This document shows positions 7,871 to 20,400 of a stretch of DNA of 64,000 bases, piece by piece. Numbering within the stretch: position 1 is the stretch's first letter; the number at the start of each line of letters is the position of its first letter. The position numbers were made by a program, and so were the translations under genes. This stretch comes from Calonectris borealis (taxonomy: Eukaryota): assembly GCF_964195595.1 (NCBI RefSeq), contig NW_027441456.1:744127-808126 (forward strand). The letters are read 5' to 3'. The notes beneath the pieces are model-generated. The model ran no database searches. It had not been told where the DNA came from and saw only the letters and a program-made list of their open reading frames with translations.

Positions 7871-10800
7871 AGATCAGTAGGTCTAGGTAACTGCGGGGTC
7901 TTGGGAACCCCGCTTTCAGGGGCGACATTTCTTAAACAGGAATGGAACTCCTGTTCTCCTTCTTGGTTTGGAGAAGGACAGAAATCAATGAGATCTGTCA
8001 ATGATCTTACATACTGAATGAACCCTGAGCACCACGCACTTTCCCAAAAACAATTAGCTAAAAATATGTTTTTAATACATCTACTGAAGTCGATATACTG
8101 AGGTAGTTCCACAAAGCTGTTGCGCCTTTTTTCAGGAAAGGCAAGCAAGATGACCTCCTCCTGTAAACTGGTTAATCTGACAGCTTCTAGTGAAGCACCA
8201 GAAATTAACAAAATGTGGGGGGGGAAATCCCAGCCCAAACCGATAAAGAGCCAAGAATGGTAAAATATGCTATTTGCAAAGTCTGTCTGGTGGTGTAATT
8301 AGTTTCAGTATTTCAGAGTGCAAGTTTGACGGATAAAGGTAGCTGAGTACATGTAGTACCATTCCCTTCAACATCGTGATAGGAAAATAGCACTATTCAC
8401 ATCCCTAAAGCACATATGAAAATAATTCAGAGCTAGCTAGTTGAAAGATCTCAAAATTAGTTGTCACTGGAGGTGTTTTCCAGCAGAATCTTCACGTGGT
8501 AAATAATAGATCTAACATTATTTAGCATTCCTTCAGCAATCAAAAGTAAATATAAAATCACTTCAGAATCCCTTGTAAAACTTGGTGGAGAGCTAAATTA
8601 TCGAGGTCAAGGAGCCATTTAGACTGATAGGTAAATTGCCCCCATTGAATGAAAAAATACTTTTTAATGCAAAATTATATACGTAGTAACAAATAATACA
8701 GGTGGTGCCTCCATGAAGGCGTAGGAGCAGAAAGAAGAGGCTACATCCAGGAGACGCTCAATATGAAAACGATTGTGAATAAATAATTCAGCATGAGCTC
8801 TCTGTGTGATGTTGTGGCAAATGAGGGAGTGATGTGATCTATGGCTGTAGAGCCAAGGAAGCACTCAGAAAACAAAAGGAGGGTCTCCCTTTTCTAACCT
8901 TGTGAAGGGCAGTGATTTTACCAATAGCAGGGTACTGCCTTGTTCTGGGGGACACGGAGGCTTTGTTTCCACCATTTTCTTTATTACAGATTACTAGAAA
9001 TTGCTATTAGAAAGGCAAGCATATTTATGATTAGTAAAGCAACTGTACAGTCCAAGTTACTACAAAATTACTACCAAAAAAGCAAGTGTGTGTATATATA
9101 TATATATTTATGATTAATTACTTACTCATTAGCACAGTTTCTTCATTCTGCGGGTTAGAGCATTTCTTTGCTTCGTGCTATTCAAGGGCATCCTGGGTTC
9201 CCACCTGCACTTGCCAAGGATGCTGCGGATTCCCAGGCTGGGAGTTCCCAGGCTGGCAGACGTTTTCCCCATTACAGCCAGGTCACCCCGTGGCTGCTCC
9301 GACACGCCAAAGCAGGACACCCTTCTCCCAGAGCAGAGGGAGCAGGCGTGGAGAGCACTCTTGGACAGAGTCCTGAAGCACTGCTGAGCAGAGGAGCGGC
9401 CAGCTCAGCTGGCGTGGGCCCAGAGAGGCAGACGTGCTCATGTCGGGAAGGCAACGGCAGTCAGGAGGGGTGAGGATCCGCGGTTTCTCTGCTTGGCATG
9501 ACGAATTTCCCTCATCTCTGGACTCTGCAACAGCGACAAAGACACAGGAGATGGTGCCATCATTGCTCGTAACAGCAGCCAACCTCTCCACTGCTCAGAG
9601 ATGCTGCCTCTCTCTAACACTGGAACAAAGGTCTCGGCGAGTAGAAGTGGCGCAGCAAAGACTACCGCCTGAGATATAACGCTGCCCGTCTCGATCAAAG
9701 CAGCTGTGCAGCCCCCAGCCCCGGGGCTCATTGGGTTGAGGCATTGCAGGGCCATTGTCCGGCTTTATTTCATGGCCAAAAAATGATGGTGTTGGTGATG
9801 ACAGTAGCAGAAAAATGAGACTATAGACCTGCAGAAGCAGAACTAAGAGCATTAGGGACAAGGGGACGCGGGTGGGGACCAAAGGGATGGGCCAGCTTCC
9901 AGGCGGGAGACACTAGCCACACTTGAGCCCTCTGTCTTCAAAAGAGACGCCTGAAGCCAGCACAGGGCTGACAGAAGTGCCTGAAGTGGTGGGCAGTGCC
10001 TGAAGGCATGGTGAGCAATCACCAGCTCTTATGCCACCAGGACTCAGAGGCGTCAAGGCATTGCTGAACTCCCTGGCCTAGCATCCCAGGCAGGCCCAAG
10101 AAGGAACGGCTTCAGAGAGCACTGGGATCACCCTGTGCCTTCAACACAGAAAGACACTAAACCACAGTGATCTGAAAGGCTTGATTGACCCTTGGTGCGA
10201 CCAAAGACAGCTCTTCTTCACTTCTCCTGTGTGACCACAGCTGCTGAAGGTGAGGCAAGGTCTCCAATGACCGCTGGCATTGCTGTAGATCACGTCCAGC
10301 CCACGTAGCTTGCTTGGTCATGCCAGACCAGCAAAAATTAGGTCTAGCATCCTTTCATTTTGCCTTTGGAAACATGTCTTCTAATAATTGCCGTTGGAAA
10401 CACAGACCCCTGAGGAAAGGAAAAGCTTACCCTCAACAGAGGGGTTTTCTCAGTTCTATCTACACGTAGGAAAACACTTGCAAAATCTCATCTTCTTTCC
10501 TTCACACAGCAAGAGTTCCCTGGGACTTGAAAACAAAGTCTGCAGCCTTTGCTGTGGCGAGGCAGGAAGAGAAAGAGCCCAGGGTGTCTGGGCAGAACCC
10601 TTCAGCAGTCTCCAGTGAATGCAGGTGGCCCAGGATGACCAGTGGCAGTTCAGCAGCTCAACTTGTCTGTTGCCTAGAAAAAAGCAAAGGTCCCAAGCAC
10701 TCAAACGGTGTAAAATCAAGTCTCTGCAGCTTCCAGGCCGTCAGGCAGGACGGCGCTAACAGAGCTGTCTCGCTCAAGCCCCTGCAGCTCCTCAAAGCTG

Positions 10801-10989
10801 ACGTACTTCCCCTGTGGAGGATGCTGAGAGCACTCTGCAAAGGGCGAAACCTTCTGGCAGTTTGGTTCAAATGTATTGTTATAGGCACATTAGCAAGGGT
10901 AACGATCGCGTAATGATTTTATGCAAGTAATCAAGTAATCTCGGGAAAGCTCACAGCTGGACCAGATCCTGCCAACTATGAAACTGGCA

Positions 10990-11340
10990 AGGGATGTCAG
11001 CGGTGGCCGCCTCCTCCAGCAGCCCCAGGGCAGGACCCTCCTGCCTGGCCACCGTAGGGACCCGGGGTCTCTGCCTCGGCTGAGGGACGGGGCTGCTGCT
11101 TTCCCCTTTGCAGGTTCAACCAGCAGCGAAGCTGCACACGTGTCCCAGAGACACACACAGACACAGGACACACAGAGGACACACAGACACAGCCGGTCAC
11201 ACAGCCTGCCACAGCCAAGACACTGCCGCCAGCAGCACCCACGCCCGGGACCCCCGTCACACACCAGCACCCACAGCCACGTCCCCGTCCTCCTCGGGGG
11301 CTGGCACAGACAGACAGTCACTCGTGCAGGCACACATGCA
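10990..11340. repeat. CA/ACAG-rich low-complexity tract
   Basis: cacacagacacaggacacacagaggacacacagacacagcc... read directly. Confidence 0.7.
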
Positions 11341-11744
11341 GGCTCAGGGGTCCCCTGAGCACCGGCACGGACCCTCTGCCACCCGGGACCCCTGCCCAGA
11401 CCCCGGCCCTCTGACCCACCCCACGGGTCCCTAACTTGCCAGCTGGTCCAGCTCGGTGCTCACTGCAAACACGCAGCACTCGCACGCCCATCCCACGGGC
11501 ACCCCACACTCGCGGGTCCCCCCGGATACCAGCACAGACCCTTTCCCTCCTGACACCCCAGCCTGGACCCGAGGCCCCCCTGCTCGTGGCTGGTCCAGCC
11601 TGAAGTTTGCTGGTGAATACCCACAGGCGCCCCACGCACAGCCGGTTTGGGGGGATACAGACCCTCGCCCCCTCAGCAGCTGGCACCAGGCACATGGGCT
11701 GTGACCCCCAGCTCCAGGCGCCGGTGCGGAGCCCCTCACTCGCC

Positions 11745-12360
11745 CTATGAAGGTGTCGTGGTTTAACCCCAGCCAGCAAATAAACCACACGCCGCCGCTC
11801 GCTCACCTCCCCCCCACCCCGGTGGGATGGGGGAGAGAATCGGGAGGGCACACGTAGGAAAACTCGCGGGTTGAGATAAAAACAGTTTAATAATTGAAAT
11901 AAAACGAAGTAGAACAGTAAGAATAACACTGAGAACAACAACAATTACAGAATATACAAAGCAGGCAATGCACAATGCAACGGCTCACCGACCGCTGACC
12001 GCGTGTCACGAACGGGGGCGAGCCCCCCGCCACCCCTGATGCATGATGTCACATGGTATAGAATACCCCATTGGCCAGCTGAGACAACCACCCCGGCTGT
12101 GCTCCCTCCCCCGCCCCAGCTTGCCCTTAACGTGGCGGGGCAGGGGAGACCAAAAAGAGAAAACAAAAGTCTCCGCGCTGCAAGCACCGCCCAGCAACAG
12201 CCAAAGCATCAATGGGCCATCAACGCTCCTCTCATACCAAACCCAAAACACAGCACACCCCCCAAGCTACTGGGAAGAAGGTTAACTCTGTCCCAGCCGG
12301 AACCAGGGCAGAAGGGGAAGCCCAAATTGCCACTGCCCAGCAATGGCACCTGGTGACCAA
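11745..12360 (+). repeat. Avian ERV LTR-like interspersed repeat (probable solo LTR)
   Basis: Begins tgtcgtggtttaaccccagccagcaaataaaccacacgccgccgctcgctcacctcccc...ggtgggatgggggagagaatcggg...gttgagataaaaacagtttaataa. I recognise this as a widespread bird LTR family consensus-like sequence. Confidence 0.5.
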
Positions 12361-14334
12361 GGAGCGATTTGGCAGGGAGGGCAGGAAGGGGTTAAGCTGG
12401 CGGGGAGCAGGAGCCGGGGACAGAGTGACTCCGGGCCCCGGAGCTGGCGCAGGTTCCCGGCTGGTGAGGCTGGTGAGATGGGACATGCCGCAGGATGGGC
12501 TCGAGAGGGTCCTGCAGTGGGGGTGCTCCGGGGCCACCCCCGGCAGCAGAGCTGGGCTGGGGATGGACCCACGGCCGGGCTGAGGCGCCCCGGGCCGGCG
12601 CTCACAGGACGGGTGCTGGCCCCGGCGTGGGGGAGGAAACGGCTCCTGCCCGTGGGGGCAAAGCCTTGCAGGAGCCCTTGCGCGGTGGGACTCTGCCCCA
12701 CGCGTGGCCCATCACATCTCTCTGAGCACGACCGTGTGTTCAGTTCGCCTCAAGGGGTACAAGAAGAACTCCCCAACACCAGTCCCCCCGGTACCTGGTT
12801 TTGGGGACACACACCCTTCCTGCCCCACTGGCTGGAGGCCCAGACCCCCACTGATCCTGGGCTGGCTCCTGTTGCTGGCCCCAGATCCACTCACGCCAGT
12901 CCCTCTTGGCAGTAGCTGGCACTTAATCCTTGCAACACACACCCCCCCACACCCATGCACACCCCCCCACCGCCCCCCGCCGAACACCTCCTACATCCCG
13001 ACCCTCCGGTTCTGCATCCTGAGCGGTTGCCAAGTCCGGCTGTGCCTGCAGTCCCTTGACAGAGGCCATCAGTCAGTGCCACCGCCGAGGTGTGGTCTCC
13101 TTACTGCCTCCCTTACCACTTGTTGGTCAAGTCCGTGTCTCTGCACCTTCTCGTTTATTACTTCCTCCTTTTCTCATTATCTTCTTCCGCATCGAAAACA
13201 GTGCCTGGTCAGGCACCCTTAAAGGAGCAGACACTCTTCTTCCACGTGCCCCTACATGCACCACCAAGGAGGACAAGCAGGAGAGCGACAGGAGGGTCTC
13301 TGCAGAGACCCTGAGCAGGGGACACCCCTACCCCTGTGGTGCAGGACAGGAGGTACAGCTAGAGGCCACCCCCAGAGGAGCACTGGACCCAAGACAAGCC
13401 CCCCACAGCACGAGGGGATGGAAATTGGCGGCTTCTGGCACAGAAGGAAGGCTCCTCCTACTCCTGCGGAGCTGCAGGCACATGGGAAGTGCAGCCCCTG
13501 GAGAGAGGTGAGGAGGAGCCAGGCCCATCGGGGAGACACCAGAGCCTGAAGAGCCCATGGCACAGGACAGGCTGGGGGTGACTGTGCTGCAGAAGCGGCT
13601 TTGCAGAAAACAAGAACGAGAGGTCCTTGTGAACAAGAGGCTGAACTGGATTCATCAGGATGCCCTTGCAGCCGAGAAGGGCAAGAGCATCCTGGGCTGC
13701 AGGAGCAGGAGTGCAGGCAGCAGGGCCTGGGAAGGGACGCTTCAGCCTGTCTGAGACCACATCTGGACACTGTCCCTGGTGAGGGTCTCTGGAGTGACGG
13801 CAGCAGGGAGTCAGTAGAAGGACCAGGGAGCTGCAGTTGTTCTCCGGGGACAGCCGGTCACGGACTGGCAGAGAGGAGATGTGCTCCTCAGGGAGGTTCC
13901 TGGGGGAAAAGCTGTCCCCAGCCCAGGCAGAGAGGAGGTGGCCTCTCCCTGCACGCCCCTGCCATGCTGGCCATGCCACGAGCCCACCTCACCACCCCAC
14001 CTCAGCCCTCCAAGGCTTCTGGAGCTGCCTCCGGCCCAGGGGCTGCCTGGCAGCGGGAGGATTCAGCATCCCCAAAGCCCCAGCAGTCCTGGGAGCAGGG
14101 GCAGGAGCTGGGACCTCGGGGTGACACGGCAGGAGGAGGTGGGCCATCGGGGCGAGCAGCACTGAGCTTCCAGCTTGCGCCCAGCCCACGGGCTCACAGC
14201 CACGCTGGCCGGAGCAGAAGGTCGGATCCGAAGCTGCAAGGGTTAAACAGCGAGGTTTGCCCAGCTGTGCCTAAGGGTGAGTCCTGCAGGAGCAAAGGGC
14301 AGTGAAGAAGAATAAAGGGGCTTCATCACCATGG

Positions 14335-14400
14335 GGTAGAGAGTTGGAGAAGGCAGGCAGGCAGGCAAGCAAACAAGCAAAGCAAAGCAAAGTAAGCAAA
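14335..14400. repeat. (GCAGG)/(GCAAA) compound microsatellite
   Basis: gcaggcaggcaggcaagcaaacaagcaaagcaaagcaaagtaagcaaagtaagcc. Confidence 0.8.
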
Positions 14401-17400
14401 GTAAGCCAGGGAACCGGCACCGGGGACCCAGACCCCACTCACCCCAGACTGAAGGTATAATTGTCCTTCTGCTCACACCAGAAAGCTGCTCTCTGTCTTC
14501 AGCCAGTCATCCGCACTGGAAGTCCCCCCAGGCTGTAACTGGGAAATCTTCCAGACACCGGGGCAGCCCTTTCTGGGCGGCTCCTGGGGAGGTGGACCTG
14601 TCAGGTGAAATCGAGAGTTGCCAAATTTGCAAAGGACAGGCTGAAGGCAGGATTCCTTGTCTGTAGCAGGAATCCCGTTTCACCAGCAAGTGTTTTTGAG
14701 GGACCCTATAACAAAATGCGCATGCTTGTATGCTCACACTCCTGCATTTTATTTTCTCCAAATAAGGCTCTAAATTTATGAATATCCTGACCTGTGTGTG
14801 CGTCGTGTTGGGAACTTGGACCTTAGCCTGCGCACTCGCTGCCTTTGGCCGTAGTGAAACAAAGAAGTTCCTGACAAACTCTCCAAGACTCCGTTTGGAG
14901 CTTTGGAAAGCAGGTGTTCTTTACTGCAGCGCTGGAGGCACAGGGGATCGCTCCACCTAGTGTGCGTGCCAAATCACTTCACCACAGAAGTTATATACAG
15001 TATACAGTTAAGAGTATACATATTCATTGCATTTCCCGGAGTTCATTAACATATGCAAAAGGCTCAGTCTTCACGCATCCTTAGTTTTAGCTCCTGGCTT
15101 AATTAGCGCAATTCTCACTAGCACCACCCTCTTATCTATTCCACTCAAGATACAAGGTTGGCCTCCTTATCTAGAATACTAGATTTCAAGGCCTATCTAC
15201 TATGATATGACATGATTCTATGATATGATATGGCACATCTACTATGTGTCAGGTCGGCCTGTTCACAAGGTGTTCCTAAGCCTCTGCATCATTTCAACCA
15301 AAGAACTGTAAATGTCTTCATTGTTCCTTCCTATTTGACATTAATCCCTGTCAGTAGTGAGCCCAAGTGTGTGGGCACCATTTGAACAGATTTCCCCAAA
15401 CCCCTTTCCTTTTTGCACTTTTTACTGCTTGCTTGACAGAGTAGATTTTTCTTCTGTCTTTTTTTTTTCTTTTGTGTTGGTGTGACCGTATCCAGGGTTG
15501 GCCAGATTGCTGGATATGTGTCTCAAGAAATAGTTATGTGCCAGGAAAAGTGACAATTGCCCCACTAGGTCTGTGGGGTTTGAGTATTTGCCTTAACCCT
15601 TCACCCTCTGGTGTCTTTGAGACCCGCCCCACACTGCACTGTTGGCATCTGGCAATGGGCTGTCCCGGGTCTGGGTCACTGCTTGCTTTTTAGCGCCTGG
15701 ACTGATTGCAGTAAATCCGTAGTGTGGACTCCCCTGCCCCCATACTGTGCAGGAACCGCACTAGGTGCAGTGTGGTGGCAGCCCTCGCTCCTCCACGCAG
15801 ACACTGTTTGAGAAATTAACCCATTTTATTCTGCTGCCCCAAACCTGGCAGACAAGCCCTGCAGCAAAAGTGGGAGGCTTATGAGGGAGGGTGGTCACTG
15901 CAAGGACCAGAAATGCATCTGACGCTCTGGCTCTCTGAGGGCTCAGAAGCAACTGAACTCGGAAAGAAAGGAAATCGGAATTAGTTCTTACAAAAACCAC
16001 GTTTAAAACTCCTTTTAAGTCGGCCTGTTGGAGCAACAACATTCTCGATAGTGTGTGTTTGTGTACAGGCAGTGGGGGAAGTGCACAAGGCAGAACAGAC
16101 CAGCAGCTCTCACTAACAGGATGTTACCAAATGCCGTAAGTGGGTGATTAAACAAGTGAAAAGACCCTGGCTGCTATAAAGGAGCAGACCCCACCTCTGC
16201 AGGCTGGGAGGCTTATGTCAGTCACTGCAATGGGCAAAATTGAAAGGCAGTACAAAGGCCGCTTGTGCCATTGGGACCCTGTGCTATGCCTCATGGGAGT
16301 CACAGGGTCTGCCAAGAAAAAAGATGGGGAGGTAAAGAAGTGGCAAAAAGAAATCCGGAGACTAAAGGAGGAGGAAATTCCCAAATTAGCAGAACAAAAC
16401 ACCATCTTAACCCTAAGAGAGGAAGATCTTGGGGCCCAAGACAGAGCCTCAATTTACAAATTTACAAATTACACAACTAGAGATGGAAGTTGGAAAAGCA
16501 CAAGCTCTAGCAAGAGAAGATTTCAGAAGGAGCTAGAGACAGCTAGCACAGCAGTTCAGCTTCTAGCAGAGCAACATAAAGCTGCTAGGATAAGTCAGGA
16601 TCAAGGGAATGCAATCATTGCAGACATAAGAGAAAAAACTTCTCTTGCATGAAGGATTAATAGCTGCTGTGACGGCAGAAGAAATTCCCGATGTTTCCTA
16701 AACCCTGAACCTTCTTGCACATGAATTTGTTCCGAAACTTGCAAAGATATACTGCCAAAAGTTCCTTCCCCTCTTTAACCGGAAGGACTCCACTCCATGA
16801 ACCCAACAGTAACCTGAAAGGTTGAAAGGACAGGGAATAGAGGAGTGAGTGTTCAGGAACAGTAAGGGCAACGTTCGGTGGAAGCCCCATGAGGCTGAGG
16901 CCATTGCAGACCAGTTAGGTCCCTTAAATAGAAGTGCTGTAACAGACTGGTGCACTTGAGGGTGAAGTACACATCCACGCTTCAATGGAGTACACTTAAC
17001 CCAGCTGGCTCATGCAAGTCCCTCTGATACAGATGTGTATGTGTTTGGGGAAGATTTAAGAATTTTAGCCAATCCAGACATGAGCTTTAACAGGTGATCG
17101 CAAGAGGTTTAACCCTGTTTTTCCTGGGGAAAATTCTTAATGCTCTGTTCATGAAACTCAGAGGCCAAATGAAAATCCTGAACCTTATATAGCCAGAAAG
17201 AAGCTTTCGGGCATCCTCTCTGGTAAAGCTCCTCTCTGTGCTGGGACCCCTAATTATGATAGGAATAAATTTATGGCTTCTGTCCACAGAGGACTGAGTT
17301 CCTCAATGAAATTAAGCTCAGGACTTTTTGACCTCACACAGAGCATGTGGGAAGAATTTTCCACCAGTTTGCACAGAGTGGCTCCACTGCTGCAGGACAC

Positions 17401-20400
17401 TGCGACCAGCAGGAGACCCAATCATTTGCAAGGAAGAAACTCCTCTGAACCCATTAAAACTGTAATTTATCCTGATCGTGGCCCTCACTCCACTTCAGTA
17501 TGAGGGCAGAAAACCTCACAAAACACAAATTTTGGTATTCCTTCAAGGAGTAAGTCTGAGGTCTACCCAGAGAAGACCATCAAAACCACTTTGTCAAAGA
17601 AAACGAAGACCATGCAAAGGTGCAACGCAACTCATCCTCTGCTCAGAATCCTTCTCCAAAATCTCATACATTCACACAGGATCCATCCAGAAACCGACTC
17701 TTGAAGAAGATACAACAATCTATCATAACCAGTCTGACATCCACGGTCTCTACTCTGCTGCTCTCCTTCCGTGCTCCCCTGAACTCCACTATTTCACATT
17801 GCCTGCAGCCACTGAATGTCCTTGCCCCAACTCTCCTGGTTATGAGATTCCCCTTCTTGCCGTTGGGATCCACATTTTTGCCTTCACACCCCCCAAAACC
17901 CCAGCACAAAACTACCCATGAGAGTAGAGGGTCACCTCCCATCATGCAGCCAGGACTAGCCCCAAGAAGTGAGGCCCAGGCTCAACACGTTCTCTGCCTG
18001 GGAGCTCTAAACCAGCTCTTCCCTCCTCTCCCAAGAGGCCCCTAGTGACAAGGGCATCTGCCCTGGCAAAGGCCTTACATTGGAAGAGAGATGCCCTGGG
18101 AAGGGACCAGCACCAAACCCCTGGCTCCTGAGCTCTAATCTTCAGGCCCCTCCAACATTCCCAGGCTGCAAATGGCAGAGTTCACTCCATACCAAGGGAA
18201 GAGCCACGCCAGTCCGGGGACTCAGTGTAATTTAACAGAACACAGCTCTGTGTGTGCGTTCCTGGCTGGCAGTCACCTGTATTTCTCCTTCCAGCCCGTC
18301 AGACGGCTCTTCTCCCCACAGCTAAGGAGAGAGAAGAAGGATGCAAAGTGCAAGGCATGGGGAGAAAGGCAGAGAAATACTGCAGAAAATTTCAGGCCAC
18401 ACATTTTTGGATGCGCCTCCAATGGCCCTTCCATGCTCACCATGATGTGACATCGGCCCCTGTGTCCAAAGAGGGTCCCATGTGCAGCCTCAGACTGAGA
18501 CTGGTGGGACCAAGACTGGGGGTGAGCCAGAATTCACTGAGATGTTTGAAAAGGGGCAAAAAAACATTGGAGGGATCCTTTTGCATTCAGCCCTTTTGCT
18601 CAGGGCTTCTATGTCCCATCTTTTCACCCTATTCTGAGTGCCTGAGAGTGACCACGTGGATGGAAGGGGTGTCTGAACCAAGGCCAGCGCAGCTTGCTGA
18701 CAGGGAAACGTGGCTGCAGTAGCAGTGACGCCTCCTCTCTCACTCTGGCTGAAACCCCTCCTGCCTCTCTCCTCCCTCAGCCCCTCCATGCCTGCTCCCA
18801 CTTGCAGCCACAGCCCCTTCAGCTCCAAACAAGTGTTGGGCATTTGCCTGGGGCTGTAGAGAACTGCTTGGTGCCAGGGTCTAACCCAGGTCAACCCCTT
18901 GTCAAAAAAAGTCACAGGATGTCACATCCCACCCAGTGCCTCTGAGATTGGGATTCTGCAGTCTCAGTGGATCATTGCCACTTAACTGTTCCCAGCTTCT
19001 CCTGGACCTGGCACACACTCCGTCTGTCATGTCCCCATCATCTCAGTTCCTCTTTTTCCTCCTCATTGTGCAAAGGAAGTTAACTTACACAGTCACAGTC
19101 CTCATCTGATGCCTGGTGGGACTCAAGGACTTTCTCAACACTTGGTTTTTCCTCAGCCAGCTTCTCACCAGTCTTTTCTTTCCCAGCTGGGGGTAGGAAT
19201 GAGAGTGACCAACCCAAGTGGTTGGGTTTCAGTACTTCACTGAACTGCATGGCAATTTGACATATTTTAGCCCTGATTTCAAGCTCACTCAGGTGCTCTG
19301 AACGTGCACCACTAGGGCAGCCAGCGCCTAAAGATGTTGTGCTGTCACCAGCCCCTTTGGTCTGGTGTGGCCTCAAGTACCACTGGCAGGGATGCCAGAG
19401 CCCTAGCTGGAGAAACAGCAGGGCCACTTCACCACAGCCCTCAGGGCACGTCCCAGCCTCACAAAGGAGGCATCACAAATGAGGGGTGGAACTGTCCTCA
19501 AGCTTGACTTCCTTCTGAGCAACTCCTCCAACAGAAGAGTCATTTGCAGTGCATGCCAGGGCAAGGAGCATTCAGAAATACCAGCTGCAGCTGGGAGCGT
19601 TGGACTGCCCTGAGATTTTCTTACCTCAAGAGTTACTGGAGATTTCCCATCATAGGGAAGCGGCGTCACATGTTATGTCTTGTGCTACCTGAGGCACTGC
19701 ACTGTAGCCTTGGCTCCGGTCCCCTACCAATGAGGACAGAAGGAGAAGGCACACATCCCTGCCTGTGATCAGCTCTTCCACTACCTGTCTTGCCCAGGTG
19801 TCATCTTTTCCCCACTCCTCTTCCCAGGTGGGCTTCACAGGTCCTACAGGCCTCACAAATGGCTTCCTAGCTGCCATCTCAAACTTGCACATGCAAAGAG
19901 GAAAAAAACACCAGTCTGAAGGAAAGGCAGTACATTTCCTTTGCACCTTGTGTTAATAATTAGGACATGGGGACACCTAGGAGTTACTGTGACATCCATC
20001 CTTTTCCAAAGTAGAAGCAGCAGAATATGTCAGATCCTGGAGGACTGAATTAGGAAGCTGAGTGAAGACCTCGAGTGCCTGGAGGGGCATAAGCTTCCTC
20101 ATCAGGCTGTCCTTCCTGTGAGAAAGCTTATTCTAACCCAAAGCCTCCGTGTTGCCATGGGAGATCATCTTCCATCTCCTGTTCATGCTCATGTCCAGGT
20201 AGAACAGACTAGTCTCCTTTCCTCCAGCTTTCCAGCACCATTTTTAATTCCAGTCTTGCTCTCCAAGAAGTCTAAGGGGAGAAAACACACAACACCCGTC
20301 CTTTTCTTTGCCCTTTTCCCTGAGCATTCGGGGATGGGATCCCAGGCTGGATGGATCTTTCAATTAATCCAGTACAGCTATTCCCCAGTCATCTGAATCC

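Noticed and set aside
6887-7872. Multiple overlapping 200-350-aa ORFs on both strands in the 6.8-7.9 kb island
   Set aside because: They are mutually overlapping in a region with more than 75% GC and simple repeats, with no recognisable domains. Only the short AT-rich N-terminal part of the 6823-8238 ORF was kept, as a low-confidence finding.
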